DNA of 64,000 bases from contig CAWAIK010000001.1 of assembly GCA_963782115.1 (NCBI GenBank), positions 736,001-800,000 of the forward strand, written 5' to 3'. A program made the position numbers and the translations under genes. Source of the stretch: an uncultured Verrucomicrobiae bacterium. Its GTDB lineage: Bacteria; Verrucomicrobiota; Verrucomicrobiia; Chthoniobacterales; JAFAMB01. Positions within the stretch are counted from its first letter, which is position 1; every line of letters starts with the position of its first letter. Below, piece after piece: positions 41,807-52,997 of the stretch. Under the pieces are notes generated by a model. It was given only the letters and a program-made list of their open reading frames with translations, made no database searches and was not told the DNA's origin.

Positions 41807-42429
41807 CCGGAGACAACAACAACGAAGCCGTAGAAGCTTCAAGTTTAGAGAGAACTCATTGTATGTAAGTACGCGTGACGGCGCTCTTGATCGGCCGGTC
41901 GTGGCCAGCGCGCAGACGACCACTTGACAGCTGATACGAATCGACCACCCGTAACTAACATCCTGAATAAAATGCGGAAGAGCGTTCAGGGCAAGGCCAA
42001 GCAGCTGATTCATGAAAGTAGGCGTTAGACCAACCACAAGAGAAGGATTTGCTCGCCTCGGACCTAGCTAAAGCTTCGTGATGCGGCTGACAAATTCTGC
42101 AAATTCCGGGTCTTTGCGAGCGACGGCTAAATCTTCGGGTTGCGCCACCTGTTCACTTGAAAACGTGGAACTGACAGGCGTCCCCGCCGCTCGCGCTTCG
42201 GCTGCGATTCGCGCTTCAATGTCGTGAAGGTGGTCAGGGCCGCTCAAGCGGAATGAAATCGCTGAAAGCGGACCAAACAATAGCGCTCGAGCCAGCTGCG
42301 GCCACGCCTTTAGATCGGGTTCGACATCCGCTTCGCGCGCGAACAGAAGCGCTATGAGATGCATCGCCTGCAGTTGCGATTTTCCTCGCGCGCATCGGTA
42401 TTTTGCAATTCCAGCGTTCATCTGACTCT

Positions 42430-42960
42430 GGGTGGGAAGCGGCCGTATTCCGCTCCAGACATAAGTGATCCAGCGAGCTTGTAGTAGCTGAAACCGTTGC
42501 CCACAAGTTAACGGCCCGGTTGTCTCCAGCGGAACGCCAGGGAATCAAAGAAAAGCCTACCAATGACTTGGAGTCCTATGACCCGTATCTCCAGGCTAAG
42601 CAGCTGATCCCGCACGGGAACTCTATGCTTGTTCTGTGGGTGGCGGAGCAGGAAAATCTCCTGAAGGGAGTCAGGCTGCTAGAAGAAGCGACCCAAAGGG
42701 ATCCAAAATTCGCTCTCGCATATTGCTTAATCGCTAAGGCTCATGACTTTCTCTATTTCGATCAACTCGATCACACGCAAGAGAGGCGCGCACTGGGTGA
42801 TGCCGCCGTGAACGAAGCCCTGCGTATTCGGCCGGATCTTCCCGAAGTTCATTTGGCAGCCGCGTTTCATCTCTATTATATAGGTGCTATCGGGATTTTG
42901 AGAGAGCTCGCGTCCAGATAGCAATTGCGGCACGAACCCTTTCAAGCCACTCCGAACTGC
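42430..42960 (+). pseudogene. TolB-like/TPR regulator fragment
   Basis: LSPAERQGIKEKPTNDLESYD, DPKFALAY, ALRIRPDLPEVH. Confidence 0.7.
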
Positions 42961-42967
42961 TTGAACA

Positions 42968-43160
42968 ATGGCGAATGTCCTCAAAAGTGAGTCTGCAAAC
43001 AACGATTTACAGTCTGGCCGATCGCGGATGATCGCAGCGACGGGAGCGAGCGAGCTGGGGATCAATCGCGAGACAGTGGGCCGGTATAACTAGCAGACTT
43101 CTGCCGTCACTACGGGGTCCATGTGATGCCGTGCCAGCCGTACAGACCCCAGCACAAGGA
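42968..43160 (+). pseudogene. IS21 istA remnant
   Basis: MANVLK..., ELGINRETVGRY, FCRHYGVHVMPCQPYRPQHK in broken frames. Confidence 0.7.
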
Positions 43161-43359
43161 GTTGGTTTCATACTGCGCCTCATAGGTACTATCTAGGATA
43201 AGTGGTTGGTTTGCTCAATTTAATGCGTCGTTTTATCTGTTGGATCGTGTCCTCATTCGGATGTTCATAAAGATATTCATTTTGTCATTTAGGCGGATTC
43301 CGTTCAGTAGCCCTTTTTGCCGCCAATAATTGACTAGGCGGTGTTTGCTTGCGATCAGT

Positions 43360-44364
43360 TCAGCAATTTGCTGTTAAAAGTCCCTTTCCGCGCAAACGCG
43401 CGCTTCGGCTTGGCAGTTTTTGATTGGTGCTCAAACTGCGAATCATCCGAGCATCGAACAACTGATTTCCCGACGAGCGCCAACCCTTGCTGTTGAGTTT
43501 GGCCGCGATTTCGGAGTCGGTACATGGCTCCAGCAAGCGATCGACTTCGGCGACGATCTCGGGTTTGGTCTTGCGCAGTTGCCATGCTCTGGCCGGCAAC
43601 TGAATTCTCAAGACTTTGGTGGCGCCACCCTTGAAGCGTACTTGCGCAATGACCTGGGAGTGTTCTCTGTTCAAGGTAACGTCTTCGAATATCAACCGAG
43701 CCATCCGCTTGCGGTCCCGATCGCTGGTGCCGGGATCTTTCCACAACCTGGGAAAGTCTTCGGCTAAAGCCGCCAGGATCTGCGCCTTCTGCTGCCGGGT
43801 GATTGTCCGTTGGCCGCTTTCCCGTTGCTTTTCGTAATCCTCACGTGCTTGCTGAAGGCAGGACAGACAAGGAAGATACCTCTCTAAGTTTGGGAGAGAA
43901 TTCTTCTTCAGGATGTTCGTCTCGCGGTTGACGGGTACGAGATTCCAGAGCTCATCGTGAACAACAAAGCTCCACGGCAAGAAGTGATCGATATGGATTT
44001 TGTCCTCAAGAGGCTTTCCGGAATAGATATCACCAATATCTTCCGAAGCGCCTCTAGCACGCAAACGTTCGCGGACAGCGCCAAAGAATTTCTTAGCATT
44101 CCCAAGATCTCTATTTGATGGCGCATCCAGTTTCTCCACAATACCAGGAACATTCGGGTTTCTCCTCTGCCAGAATCGAATCAGCTGGTAACGCGTGTTC
44201 CCCACCAGCACAGAATAGTGGTCCTTGAAAAATTGTCTCCAAGATGGCTCCAGGACAACGCGCAACTGATCGTCTGTGAAGTGATAGGGCGAAGGAAGCG
44301 ACAATCGCCCCCGGGATCCGTAAGCTGCAGGGTGACTGTCGAACGTACGTCTTACTAACCCCAT
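43360..44364 (-). pseudogene. Chimera: HNH nuclease fragment joined to large serine recombinase C-terminal fragment
   Basis: RRNPNVPGI, HIDHFLPWSFV.HDELWNLV then LAEDFPRLW.DP....DRKR. Confidence 0.7.
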
Positions 44365-44908
44365 CTGGTCGTCAAGACGGATTCGATGAAATAGTCGTCC
44401 AAGTCTCTCTGAATGTGCGTCGTCAGGATAAGTCTACTGCGAGGCAAACAGTAGTCTCGCCTTTCGCCGTCCACGTTACCCGCAGGCGAGCTAGCTACGA
44501 CAAAGAGACTAGTCATTGACATTTTCGTGCTGCTGAATCTGCACTGCCGCCGACCGCGTCTTCGCCAAAGAGTGAGCTCTTTGGGCGATATATAAAACAA
44601 AAGGCTTCGTACCCTTCCGTCCGTCGGTTGCTATTGCACCGTTCCAGTGATTTGCTCGATGGGATTTGCCGGGTGCTCCGACGTTGCCGGTACAGCGGGA
44701 ATACATTCAACCGCCAGATTTCGAAGTCAAGTTGCGGAGAGCCCCAGACCGGCGATAATGTAACGATCGGCCCGGCAACGTATAATTCAGAAGCCCAAAG
44801 CTTCGAAAGCCCATGGCCATTTGGTCCGGAATTCAATCCGCAGTAATGGCAAATTTGCAATAGATCGGAAGAAGACCTTGAAAACAGATACGTGCACGGT
44901 AACCCGAA

Positions 44909-46012
44909 ATGAACCCAACTAAATCGGATCAATTGCCTCAGATGCCGCTCGGTCAATTAACGAGAGCGAGTCTCATCATACGGTTCACAGTAATCGCGAT
45001 CGTGATCGCCGGAATTGCTGTTTTGTTTGCATATGCGGGCGGCTGGCTGACGCCGCACGCGCTCACGCCGGCATCAATGATCAACACGTTCCAGAAGGTG
45101 AACGGACTGCATCCCGGTTTTCGACGCAACCACGCCAAGGGTGTTTGTGTCAGCGGCTACTTCGAGAGCAATGGTCGCGCCGTTGCACTGTCCAAGGCTT
45201 CTGTATTTATCCCTGGCCGTGTATCAATAGTTGGACGGTTTTCACTGGCGGGAGGCCGACCATTTGCTGCCGATGCACCGCACATGATCCGCGGCATGGC
45301 GATATTGTTCAAACTGTCAGACGGCGAAGAATGGCGCACCGCCATGACCGACATTCCCGTTTTCACCGTGAAATCCGCCCAAGCATTTCACGATCAGTTG
45401 CTGGCGTTCGCACCGGATCCGGAGACGCGCAAACCCGATCCGGCCAAAATGAAAGCTTTTTTTGCGAAGTATCCGGAATCTGCCAAGGCGATGGAATTGA
45501 TCCGGAGTCATCCGGTCTCGTCCGGATTCGAGAACAGCACGTACAATAGCCTGAACGCCTTCCGTTTTATCAACTCCAAGGGCGCGGTCGTACCGGTTCG
45601 TTGGTCGATGGTGCCGTTCCAGCCGTTCCAGCCAGTCACAGAGCCCGCAGAGGGAGATAAGAATTACCTCTTCGACGCGCTAATTGCATCCATCCATAGC
45701 CATCCGCTGCAGTGGCACTTGGTCGTCACGATCGGTCAGCCGGAAGACCCGACCAATGACCCGACGATTCCCTGGCCGCCGGATCGGCAGCAGGTCGACG
45801 CAGGAACGTTGACGATCGACCACATCGAGAGCGATGATACAAGTCCCGCGCGCGACATCAACTTCGATCCGACCGTGCTGCCGTACGGGATCGCCACCTC
45901 GGACGATCCGATACTGAGTGTGCGATCGGCGGCTTATTCGGCGTCGTTCACCCGCCGCGAAGGCGAGCCCAAAGAACCCAGCGCTGTCTCTCCTGCCGAA
46001 ACTGAAAAATGA
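44909..46012 (+). CDS. Catalase-related peroxidase (SrpA-like)
   Basis: HPGFRRNHAKG, GRFS, FDPTVLP, RSAAYSASF. Confidence 0.92.
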   Translation: MNPTKSDQLPQMPLGQLTRASLIIRFTVIAIVIAGIAVLFAYAGGWLTPHALTPASMINTFQKVNGLHPGFRRNHAKGVCVSGYFESNGRAVALSKASVFIPGRVSIVGRFSLAGGRPFAADAPHMIRGMAILFKLSDGEEWRTAMTDIPVFTVKSAQAFHDQLLAFAPDPETRKPDPAKMKAFFAKYPESAKAMELIRSHPVSSGFENSTYNSLNAFRFINSKGAVVPVRWSMVPFQPFQPVTEPAEGDKNYLFDALIASIHSHPLQWHLVVTIGQPEDPTNDPTIPWPPDRQQVDAGTLTIDHIESDDTSPARDINFDPTVLPYGIATSDDPILSVRSAAYSASFTRREGEPKEPSAVSPAETEK

Positions 46013-46581
46013 GCACTCCACAACCCCGCACACAGTTCGCCCTTCAGTCGCGCATCCTCCACTGGCTGATGGCAGTAATGATTCTGGCAATGCTGTTCAT
46101 CGGCGTCGCGATGGTCGCTTCGCTCGGAGACTATCATATGCTCCTGGCAATCCATCGGCCGCTGGGCATCTTGATCCTGATTCTGACGGCCATTCGGTTT
46201 ATAAATCGGATATGCACGAAGCTGCCGCCGTTTCCGCCGACCATGTCCCGTCAGGAAAGGTTCCTGGCTTCATCATCCGAGAAGCTGCTCTACGCTCTGA
46301 TGTTCGCCCAGCCACTCGTAGGTTGGAGCATGTTATCCGCCGGCCACTATCCTATCGTGATGTTCGGGCCAGTGCATCTGCCGCCGATTCTCCCGGCAAT
46401 CCCAACTCTCTATTCCGTATTGCGCAAAGCGCACACGGTTCTCGCGTATCTCCTGTTCTTGACGTTTCTGGCCCACCTCAGCGCGGTGCTGTTCCACACG
46501 CTTATCATTCGTGACCGTCTCCTGGACCGCATGGCTCTTTGGCCAACCCGCTCTCGCAACCATCCTCGAACTGCAGAGTGA
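46009..46581 (+). CDS. Cytochrome b561
   Basis: RILHWLMA, HRPLG, AHL.AVLFH; ATGA overlap with peroxidase. Confidence 0.9.
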   Translation: MSTPQPRTQFALQSRILHWLMAVMILAMLFIGVAMVASLGDYHMLLAIHRPLGILILILTAIRFINRICTKLPPFPPTMSRQERFLASSSEKLLYALMFAQPLVGWSMLSAGHYPIVMFGPVHLPPILPAIPTLYSVLRKAHTVLAYLLFLTFLAHLSAVLFHTLIIRDRLLDRMALWPTRSRNHPRTAE

Positions 46582-47073
46582 ACTCGACGCCATCCTCCTG
46601 GGTTGCTTTGATCTTACCCCCTGGCGGGAAGACATCGGCGATCCTAGCCGTCTTCACGTTCATCGTCGACTGATCATCGAACCGGATGCTCAGCTTTCCT
46701 GGTTTAGCGGTTGCGACCTAAACGGTTCTGCCCTGTATCACGCTGGTTAACTTCTGGTTCCTTGGCATAAGCTTACCGGGGTCACTACACCAAACGTTAA
46801 AATCGTACGATAGCGATTCGCAGACCGCAGAATAGAATAGTACGTTTTGCGCGCGAAAAAAGGGCCGCCGGAAAAGTGCATTGGCCTGTTATCGCCATTC
46901 GAGCGGTTGGATCGGTGACACAGGCCCGAGGTGCAAGCAAACCGAAGTCCCGACAAGATGGTTTCCGGGTCGCATTCAGATATCGCCGTAACACGTTCCG
47001 AGGCGCAAGCACCCACTTGATCAACAGTAAATGTCGTGATACGACTTCATCCCACACAACCGAGGGGGCAGCC

Positions 47074-47754
47074 ATAAGCACGGACGAATTCCGTAGTAAC
47101 GACGCGGCCAGCGTCGCAAGAGTCGAGACGAAGCTCGAGGTGGTCGTCATCCCCGTCTCGGATGTCGACCGCGCGAAGGAGTTCTACGGGAGGCTCGGGT
47201 GGCGGCTCGACGCCGACTATGACAACGGTGACGACTTCCGCGTGATCCAGTTCACGCCGCCTGGCTCCGGATGCTCGGTCATCTTCGGCAAGAATGTCAC
47301 CGCCGCAGCACCCGGCTCCGCCCAGGGCCTGTACCTGATCGTCTCCAACATCGCCGCCGCCCGCGACGAGCTGCTCGCTCGCGGCGTCAAGATCAGCGAG
47401 GTTTTCCACGACGCCGGCGGCGTGTACGCCGGCCCGGACGAGCCCTACCTGTTTGGGCGGCTCCGGGTCAGCGGTCCGGATCCCGAGCATCGCAGCTACC
47501 GCTCGTTCGCCTCGTTCAGTGATCCGGACGGCAACGGCTGGCTGTTCCAGGAGATCACGACGCGGCTGGCCGGTCGCGTTGCCCCCGCGACGACGATCTT
47601 CGCGTCGGCGAACGATCTGGCGAGCGCGCTTCGGCGCGCCGCGGCCGCCCACGGGCAGCACGAGGCGCGGACGGGGCAAGCCGACTCGAACTGGCCAGAC
47701 TGGTACGCCGAGTACATGGTGCGCGAGCAGGCCGGCCAAGAGCTGCCGAAATGA
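47074..47754 (+). CDS. VOC/glyoxalase family protein (probable start is ATA after GAGGGGG)
   Basis: KLEVVVIPVSDVDRAKEFY, FSDPDGNGW, WPDWYA. Confidence 0.88.
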   Translation: MSTDEFRSNDAASVARVETKLEVVVIPVSDVDRAKEFYGRLGWRLDADYDNGDDFRVIQFTPPGSGCSVIFGKNVTAAAPGSAQGLYLIVSNIAAARDELLARGVKISEVFHDAGGVYAGPDEPYLFGRLRVSGPDPEHRSYRSFASFSDPDGNGWLFQEITTRLAGRVAPATTIFASANDLASALRRAAAAHGQHEARTGQADSNWPDWYAEYMVREQAGQELPK

Positions 47755-47807
47755 ATGACTACGACGCGACCGTCCTGATGGGATCGAGCACGATTCGCTG
47801 ACCCGGA

Positions 47808-48209
47808 TCATAAACCGGGCCCGTTTATACCCAAGACGTTCTGCTCCTGAGATAACTGATTGCTATAAGCCGCCTCGATCTCATTTTGGGCAATCGACTT
47901 CTGGAGTGCAAGTTGTCTGTAGCGTTGATACGCTTTATCCCCGCCGACATAGACAAGTCCCCTTTGTTTATCGGCGTACGTGTAGAGCGCGCTGCCCTTG
48001 ACCGTGTTGCGTTCGAGCTTGTACGGAGTCATTCGGTTGTACAAAGCCCATTGCCTCTGCGTCGACGGGATCCGCGTCTGGAATCCGGCCGCAGACAACA
48101 GCGATTCCTTATTTTGCACCTGCGTGCCTGCACAGCCAGAGAATCCGGCCACAACCGCAAATATCAAAAAGAGGCTCAGATAGATGCCTAATGACTCTCT
48201 TTTGTTCAT
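47808..48209 (-). CDS. Lipoprotein
   Basis: FSGC lipobox, LSAAGF, YTYAD..LVYVG. Confidence 0.8.
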   Translation of the reverse strand: MNKRESLGIYLSLFLIFAVVAGFSGCAGTQVQNKESLLSAAGFQTRIPSTQRQWALYNRMTPYKLERNTVKGSALYTYADKQRGLVYVGGDKAYQRYRQLALQKSIAQNEIEAAYSNQLSQEQNVLGINGPGL

Positions 48210-48935
48210 GGTGAAATCGATTTGTTAAAGAGTTGATACAAAAGTCAAGCAGCGTAATTCTGCTTCGGGAGTTAACCTGATCGCTATCTTTCGTCATAAG
48301 TGCGGCCCGGCGCCCAGGGAGCAATTGATCGTTCTGGATGGCACCTCGCCGGCGGAAAGTCCATTATGATGGGAACGCATTGCCTCCACTGTCAGTCGCA
48401 AAGAAGAGCCGATGGCAGCCAAGCTCAAATTGATACCCGGTAGAACGATTCGCTGGGGTGCCAGGCGATTCGTCGTATCCCACTACGTCGGTTTGGACGC
48501 CGTCATTGCCAGGGAAGTGGGCAAGCGGATTCGTTTCGCCGGCGGGAAGCTGCGGAAGGCAAATCTCGATTTGTGGGTCACTCGGAACACTGGTGTTGTA
48601 ACCAACGCCGCCTATCCATTCGATTCGCCAAAGAAGGTCCTCGTCGGAGAAGTCTTCAATCGCATAGACGGCCTCAGCCATTCGAAAATCATAACCGACC
48701 GACGTTTTTCATTCGCAAATAGCGCCCTTGTATTCGCATTTAATTCTCGGCTACCCGCCCAGATTCGCAAATAATTTCCGGATTGACACAACGCCCAAGC
48801 TCTTGCGATACCCAACTACCCGTCATCGTTAAATCTCGAAAAGGCCAAAGACAAATGCGCGTGCGGCGAGCAGTTACCAGAATCTCTGGTATACTGGTAA
48901 GCCAACCGTTATTAGAATTGGTCGCAGGAGCAGAC

Positions 48936-49961
48936 TTACTTCTGCTTTGGCCACACGTCTGGGACCGTGGTCGCCAGCCATTTCACAAAAGCTGCATTTA
49001 CCTCAACCGGCTTTTCTTGAGCCAGCCGATGACCTGAGCGAATCGTCTCTTCTGTGAGATTGCGACAGTAGGTGCGCATGGGCTCAGGCAACCGGGAATG
49101 AGTGCATTCGCAGATGTAGTCATACTGTGCATTTAGGAATAAGACGGGCATATCGAGGTAGCCGCCATTCTGGGCCGTTCTGGCGTACTCGGCGTTGAGG
49201 CCATGATTCATATACCAGGAACCTGGCCCAAAAAATCCGTTCCGCGTCAGCGCGGCGACATAGACGCTCAGGTCTTGTTCGGTCACTACGTCGTTGTCTA
49301 GCGGCAGGTTGGGAATCGGATTCACCCCGAGGAAGCTGTGACTCCGACGAGCCGTTGCGGTGAATGCTCGTTGCCCCTCCCCGGCTGGGTTCCCCTTGCG
49401 AAACAGCAGCTTCACAAATTCGTAGACGTTCGCATCCATGGACGCGATAGCCTCGGCGAAACTCTCTTCATAGTAGCGCATGTAATCCCACTGACCTGCA
49501 GGAAATTCATTTTCCGGATAAAGCTCGCGATCGACCAAGGGCAGCACGTGGTCCAACCCACGTTCAAGCGTGTAGTAGGGCACACATAAATTGGCGACGG
49601 CATGACAGCGGTCCGGGTCATAGCTGGCGAGATTCCACACTACCGGGCTCCCCCAATCATGACCTACCCACACGGCTTTCTTTCTGCCCACAGCTTCGAG
49701 GAGCTCGATCATGTCTTGAACGATATGTTCCTGGGCGTAGTCACTGTGCTGAGGGTACACTGAGGAACGTCCATAGCCGCGCATGTCTGGTGCGATGGCG
49801 CGAAACCCTAGCGCCGCGAGTGCGGGAAGTTGATTCCGCCAACTAATCGATAACTCAGGCCAGCCATGCACGAAGATGACGAGCGGCCCATTTTCCGGCC
49901 CGGCTGCCAAATAGAAGGTGGTATGCCTTCGTGTCTTTACGGTGTGTTCGGTGATGGGCAT
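48936..49961 (-). CDS. Alpha/beta hydrolase (epoxide hydrolase-like)
   Basis: HGWP, DMRGYG, GHDWG, GH..QEKP. Confidence 0.92.
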   Translation of the reverse strand: MPITEHTVKTRRHTTFYLAAGPENGPLVIFVHGWPELSISWRNQLPALAALGFRAIAPDMRGYGRSSVYPQHSDYAQEHIVQDMIELLEAVGRKKAVWVGHDWGSPVVWNLASYDPDRCHAVANLCVPYYTLERGLDHVLPLVDRELYPENEFPAGQWDYMRYYEESFAEAIASMDANVYEFVKLLFRKGNPAGEGQRAFTATARRSHSFLGVNPIPNLPLDNDVVTEQDLSVYVAALTRNGFFGPGSWYMNHGLNAEYARTAQNGGYLDMPVLFLNAQYDYICECTHSRLPEPMRTYCRNLTEETIRSGHRLAQEKPVEVNAAFVKWLATTVPDVWPKQK

Positions 49962-50002
49962 GTCAGGCGTCTTTAGACAAGGTTGAGGTTCGGTCGAACG
50001 TT

Positions 50003-50378
50003 TCAACGACACTGAGTAACGCCCTCGATCACGCCTGCCGGGTCCTGAACCAACGACCTAAGCTGCTTGAGCTTGGACTGAACCGCCAGGATTCGGCCTT
50101 CGAAAGTTGTCAAAGGTGTAACAGTTGTCTCCATGAGCGGCCAAAGCGGTAAACTTTCGATTAGGACATCAAGCTCCAGGTCGGATTCCATTTTCCAGCA
50201 CAAACGCCAATTGGATGGATGCGCTCACCGGTCCTCCTGCTAATAGCTGCCCCTTGACTTGCCACTTCTGGCAAATCTCGATGCTAGGCAAAATATATCG
50301 CTCGATCAAAAAGATGCCGTCATGGGTATCTTTGGGGCGTGCTGAGCCGGAAAGATTCATTTCGATAAGGTATCGCAT
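50003..50378 (-). pseudogene. Muconolactone isomerase-like protein, frameshifted at T4 50191-50194
   Basis: LLAGG...ELDVLIESLPLWP..TTVTPL across two frames. Confidence 0.7.
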
Positions 50379-50544
50379 TTTTGGTCTCTCTTTTCCTCGT
50401 GTGCTATCATCCCACGCTTGTTTTTGCTCTTGGCAGAAGGCAGGTCGATCAATCGCCGATCGAGTAGGAGCGCCCAATGCGGCTGCGGCGCCAATTGATC
50501 GGATCCGGGCGAGGCGGGATCGGGCCGTGCGCCCTACCTCGTGA

Positions 50545-50568
50545 TGAGTCTGCAAATTTGCAGACTCA
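50545..50568. repeat. Perfect 24-bp palindrome
   Basis: TGAGTCTGCAAATTTGCAGACTCA. Confidence 0.9.
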
Positions 50569-50629
50569 GCTCCCTAGTAAACCCAGGGGGGAGGGGCCTG
50601 GGGCCGTGCACCGGGCGCAAAAGTTAAGC

Positions 50630-52997
50630 TCAAAACTCCAGATCCCCTCCCTGCCGGCATATAGCAGGAAAGGAACTGAGATGAGACGGTTTTGCTCTTG
50701 TAGAAGAGGCTGAAGAAAGGTGCCTTTTTTGCCCGAATGTGGCAACAATTTCGGCATGCCACAGGTACAATTGCCGATCTTTCCGGCAGGAGTCACGCAC
50801 ATCAATTCGGAGATCGCCTATGAGGAGCGGGATGGAAAGGTGTACTACTTTAATGGCCATCTGCCGGTGTTTGTCCATGAGAAGAGTGCTCTGGCGACTT
50901 TCCGGCTTTTTAGTACCCAATTAGTCATCAATGGCAATGCGACTCAAGCGGAGATATCTCGTGCGTTCGGGGTGCCGCTGGTCACCGTCAAACGCTATGT
51001 GAAGCTCTACCGGGAGCATGGGGCAGCGGCCTTTTTTGCCCCTGCCAAGAAGCGCTCGGGCAGCAAATTGACTGCGGAAGTTTGCCAACAGGTTCAAGGG
51101 TTATTGGACCAGGGACTGACGGTGCCTGAAGTGGGTCGGGAGGTGGGGATTTTGTCCAATACCTTGCACAAGGCGATCCGTGCGGGTCGTCTGCGGGCCG
51201 GAAAAAAAAAGATTTATCCAACGATGCGATAGCGAGCACCAAGAGCGAGCGCAGTCTAGCAGACATTCAAGCCCCGTTGGGTCGAGCAACAACGCGCAGC
51301 CTGGAACGGGTGGCGGCCAGCGTCGGCATGCTCCATGGGGCTCCCATTGAGTTTGAACTGGTTAAAGATGTTCCCGATGGAGGCGTGCTGTTTGCTCTGC
51401 CGGCGCTGTTGTTACTTGGACTCTTGAGCAAGAGCCGGGAGATGTTTTCGATGTTGGAGGGCTTCTATCCGCTGGAGAGCATCTTTCTACTTCTGGCGCT
51501 CATAGCCCTAGCGCGTATTCCTTCGCTGGAAGCGTTGCGCTATGTGGCGCCGGGAGAATGGGGCAAGCTCATGGGGCTGGATCGCATTCCCGAAGTGCGC
51601 ACCCTGCGGCAAAAGATCACCCAACTCTGCTCTGAGCAGGGTCTGGCTGAGCGCTGGAGCAACGCTCTGGCCAAGCAATGGATGGCGCAGGAACCGGAGT
51701 GCGCCGGGGTTTTTTACGCCGATGGTCATGTGCGGGTTTATCATGGAAAACTCACCGATCTGCCTCGGCGTTATATTGCCCGAGAACGGCTCTGTTTGCG
51801 CGGCACGACCGACTACTGGGTTAATGCCATGGACGGCCGACCTTTCTTTGTGGTCAGCTGCGCCGTCGATCCCGGTTTACTCAGTGTGTTACGCGATCAG
51901 ATTGTACCACGGCTCAAAGCCGATGTGCCAAACCAGCCCACTCTAGAGCAACTGGAAGCCGACCCACTCTTAAGCCGCTTTACGATCGTCTTCGACCGCG
52001 AAGGCTACTCGCCACGCTTCTTCGCCCAGATGAAAGAGGAGCGCATCGCGATCCTGACCTATCACAAGTTCCCTGGAGAGCTTTGGCCGGAGCAGGAATT
52101 TCGGACCCACAAGGTCAGCCTCGTCAATGGGGAGCAAGTCAGTCTGGAACTGGCCGAACGCGGTGTACGACTCTCCAATGATCTATGGGTGCGCGAGGTC
52201 CGGCACCTCTCGGAAAAAGGACACCAGAGCTCGATTTTAAGCACCGATTACCGCTCTGATTTGACCCGGGTAGCCGTGGCCATGTTTGCTAGATGGTGCC
52301 AGGAAATCTTTTTCAAATATATGCGTCAACACTACAATCTGGATCGATTAATCGAGTACCAAACTGAATCCATTCCTGATACAACCCGGGTCATCAACCC
52401 GGCCTGGCGCCAACTCGACAGCCAGATCCGCCGCCAAAACGGATTACTTAACCGTGAACTACTCCAATTCGCAGAAATCCAGTTGCCCCAAGAAATGGAG
52501 TCCCAACAAGTCGAAGCCTATCAGCAAAAGAAGGGTCAACTGCAGCAGGCCATTGAAGAACGCCGCCCCCAAATCGAGCAACTTAAAGCTCAACGCAAAG
52601 CGCTTCCCAAACACATCGAGATCAAAGATCTCCCTGAGCAGGATCGCTTCCGTCGGCTGCGTTCAGAGAAAAAACACTTCATCGACACGATCAAGCTCAT
52701 CGCTTATCGGGCTGAAACAGCCCTCGCCCAGCTTGCCCGCGAGAAGCTCAAACGCCTCGATGATGCCCGCTCACTGATTCGACAACTCTTCCGCACCGAA
52801 GTCGACCTCGTTCCCGACCAGCAAAATAAAACTCTGACCGTGCGTTTGCACCCAATGAGCACCCAAGCACATGACGAAATCCTCCGCCACATCTGCGCAG
52901 AAATAACAGCTACAGAAACTGTTTTTCCAGGCACCGATCTGCGCCTCGTTTACGAAATCTCCGGCTCATCCTAATTCAAGGGGATCTGGCGGTCTGA
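50630..52997 (+). mobile_element. Unclassified IS with frameshift-encoded transposase (2368 bp)
   Basis: IRs TCAAAACTCCAGATCCCCT / AGGGGATCTGGCGGTCTGA; AGC duplication at 50627-50629 and 52998-53000. Confidence 0.85.
50757..52974 (+). CDS. Transposase, HTH OrfA + DDE OrfB joined by probable -1 frameshift at A9G (51202-51211)
   Basis: OrfA HTH; OrfB YADGHVRVY, FDREG, RWCQE.FF; -1 frame open from the A-run (KDLSNDAIASTKSERS). Confidence 0.85.

Noticed and set aside
42988..42999. TGAGTCTGCAAA matching half of the 50545 palindrome
   Set aside because: Lies inside the istA remnant coding sequence; likely coincidence.
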